A stretch of DNA of 64,000 nucleotides from Methylophilaceae bacterium (GTDB taxonomy: Bacteria; Pseudomonadota; Gammaproteobacteria; Burkholderiales; Methylophilaceae). Under the pieces are notes generated by a model. That model was not told the DNA's origin. It was given only the letters and a program-made list of their open reading frames with translations, and made no database searches. This document shows, in pieces, positions 63,479 through 64,000 of this stretch. The stretch covers positions 3,763-67,762 of the forward strand of contig CBFHHI010000002.1 of the NCBI GenBank assembly GCA_965655675.1, read 5' to 3'. Every line of letters starts with the position of its first letter. Within the stretch, counting starts at the first letter, position 1. The translations under genes and the position numbers were made by a program.

Positions 63479-63982
63479 ATGAAAATCATCAGCATCCAAA
63501 CAACCAAAGAAGACCACCATATTGCCAAACTCACGGCATTAGCCATTGGTTTGCATGTGCTAGAAGCAATGTTTCCATCTCCCTTACCTGGCATCAAGCC
63601 TGGCATTGCCAATATTGTGACATTATATGTATTAGTCCAATATGGCTTTGGGACAGCAGCATGGGTGAGTTTATTACGCGTTTTTGCCAGTAGTCTACTT
63701 TTAGGTCAGTTTTTATCACCAACCTTTGTGCTCAGCTTATCTGGCGCCTTGGTCAGCTTGGCTGTATTGTGGTTGGCGCAACACTTACCCAAACAGTACT
63801 TCGGCCTCATTACATTAAGCATATTGGCTGCATTTGCTCATATTGCAGGGCAGCTTTTAATCGTTAGATTATGGTTAATTCCACATGCAGGTGTCAGTTA
63901 CCTTGTGCCAATATTTGCATTAGCTGCCTTGGTTTTTGGTTTTATTAATGGCGTCGTATGCTCAAAACTGATGCAAAAGTAA
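63479..63982 (+). CDS. Gx transporter family (Hpre_diP_synt_I-like) membrane protein
   Basis: 167 aa polytopic membrane protein that follows the NusG_II gene in the commonly observed gene pair. Confidence 0.6.
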   Translation: MKIISIQTTKEDHHIAKLTALAIGLHVLEAMFPSPLPGIKPGIANIVTLYVLVQYGFGTAAWVSLLRVFASSLLLGQFLSPTFVLSLSGALVSLAVLWLAQHLPKQYFGLITLSILAAFAHIAGQLLIVRLWLIPHAGVSYLVPIFALAALVFGFINGVVCSKLMQK

Positions 63983-64000
63983 TACTTGCTGTTAATGGTG

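Overview
This 64 kb window reads as ordinary core chromosome of a Gram-negative proteobacterium. The gene order looks betaproteobacterial: gatCAB divergent from mreBCD-mrdAB-rlpA-dacA-ybeD-lipBA, ponA divergent from pilMNOPQ-aroKB, and a PF08886-type gshA next to gshB. A Methylophilaceae/Nitrosomonadales-like host is only a guess from synteny and a G+C content that looks low-to-mid 40s % by eye. About 65 protein genes fill the window with short spacers. They include uvrA (5'-truncated), aroE/mtgA, glnA-ntrBC, a porin, the type IV pilus assembly operon, PBP1A, hemB, and trpEGD-(DUF3465)-trpC. They also include rpe, hemA-prfA-prmC, a BLUF photoreceptor, metXW, a periplasmic Mo/2Fe-2S oxidoreductase cluster, ampG, xthA, pyrE, gatCAB, the rod-shape/elongasome operon, lipBA, gshAB and an ApbE-NusG_II-Gx cluster at the right edge. 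I found no rRNA, tRNA, CRISPR array, IS element, integrase or prophage, and no convincing multi-gene novel system. The most interesting items not explained by the ORF track are five. (1) An unannotated 16-codon Trp-rich leader ORF with a Shine-Dalgarno (SD)-sequestering inverted repeat lies upstream of trpE. (2) A secreted DUF3465 protein is translationally coupled inside the trp operon. (3) An AT-rich single-gene insertion encodes a GIY-YIG/DUF4357 nuclease-like protein that overlaps the ampG 3' end. (4) A textbook NtrC/sigma-54 control region sits upstream of glnA. (5) A short REP-like repeat family sits at gene ends. All functional calls come from motif recognition in the translated ORFs. 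No database search was possible.
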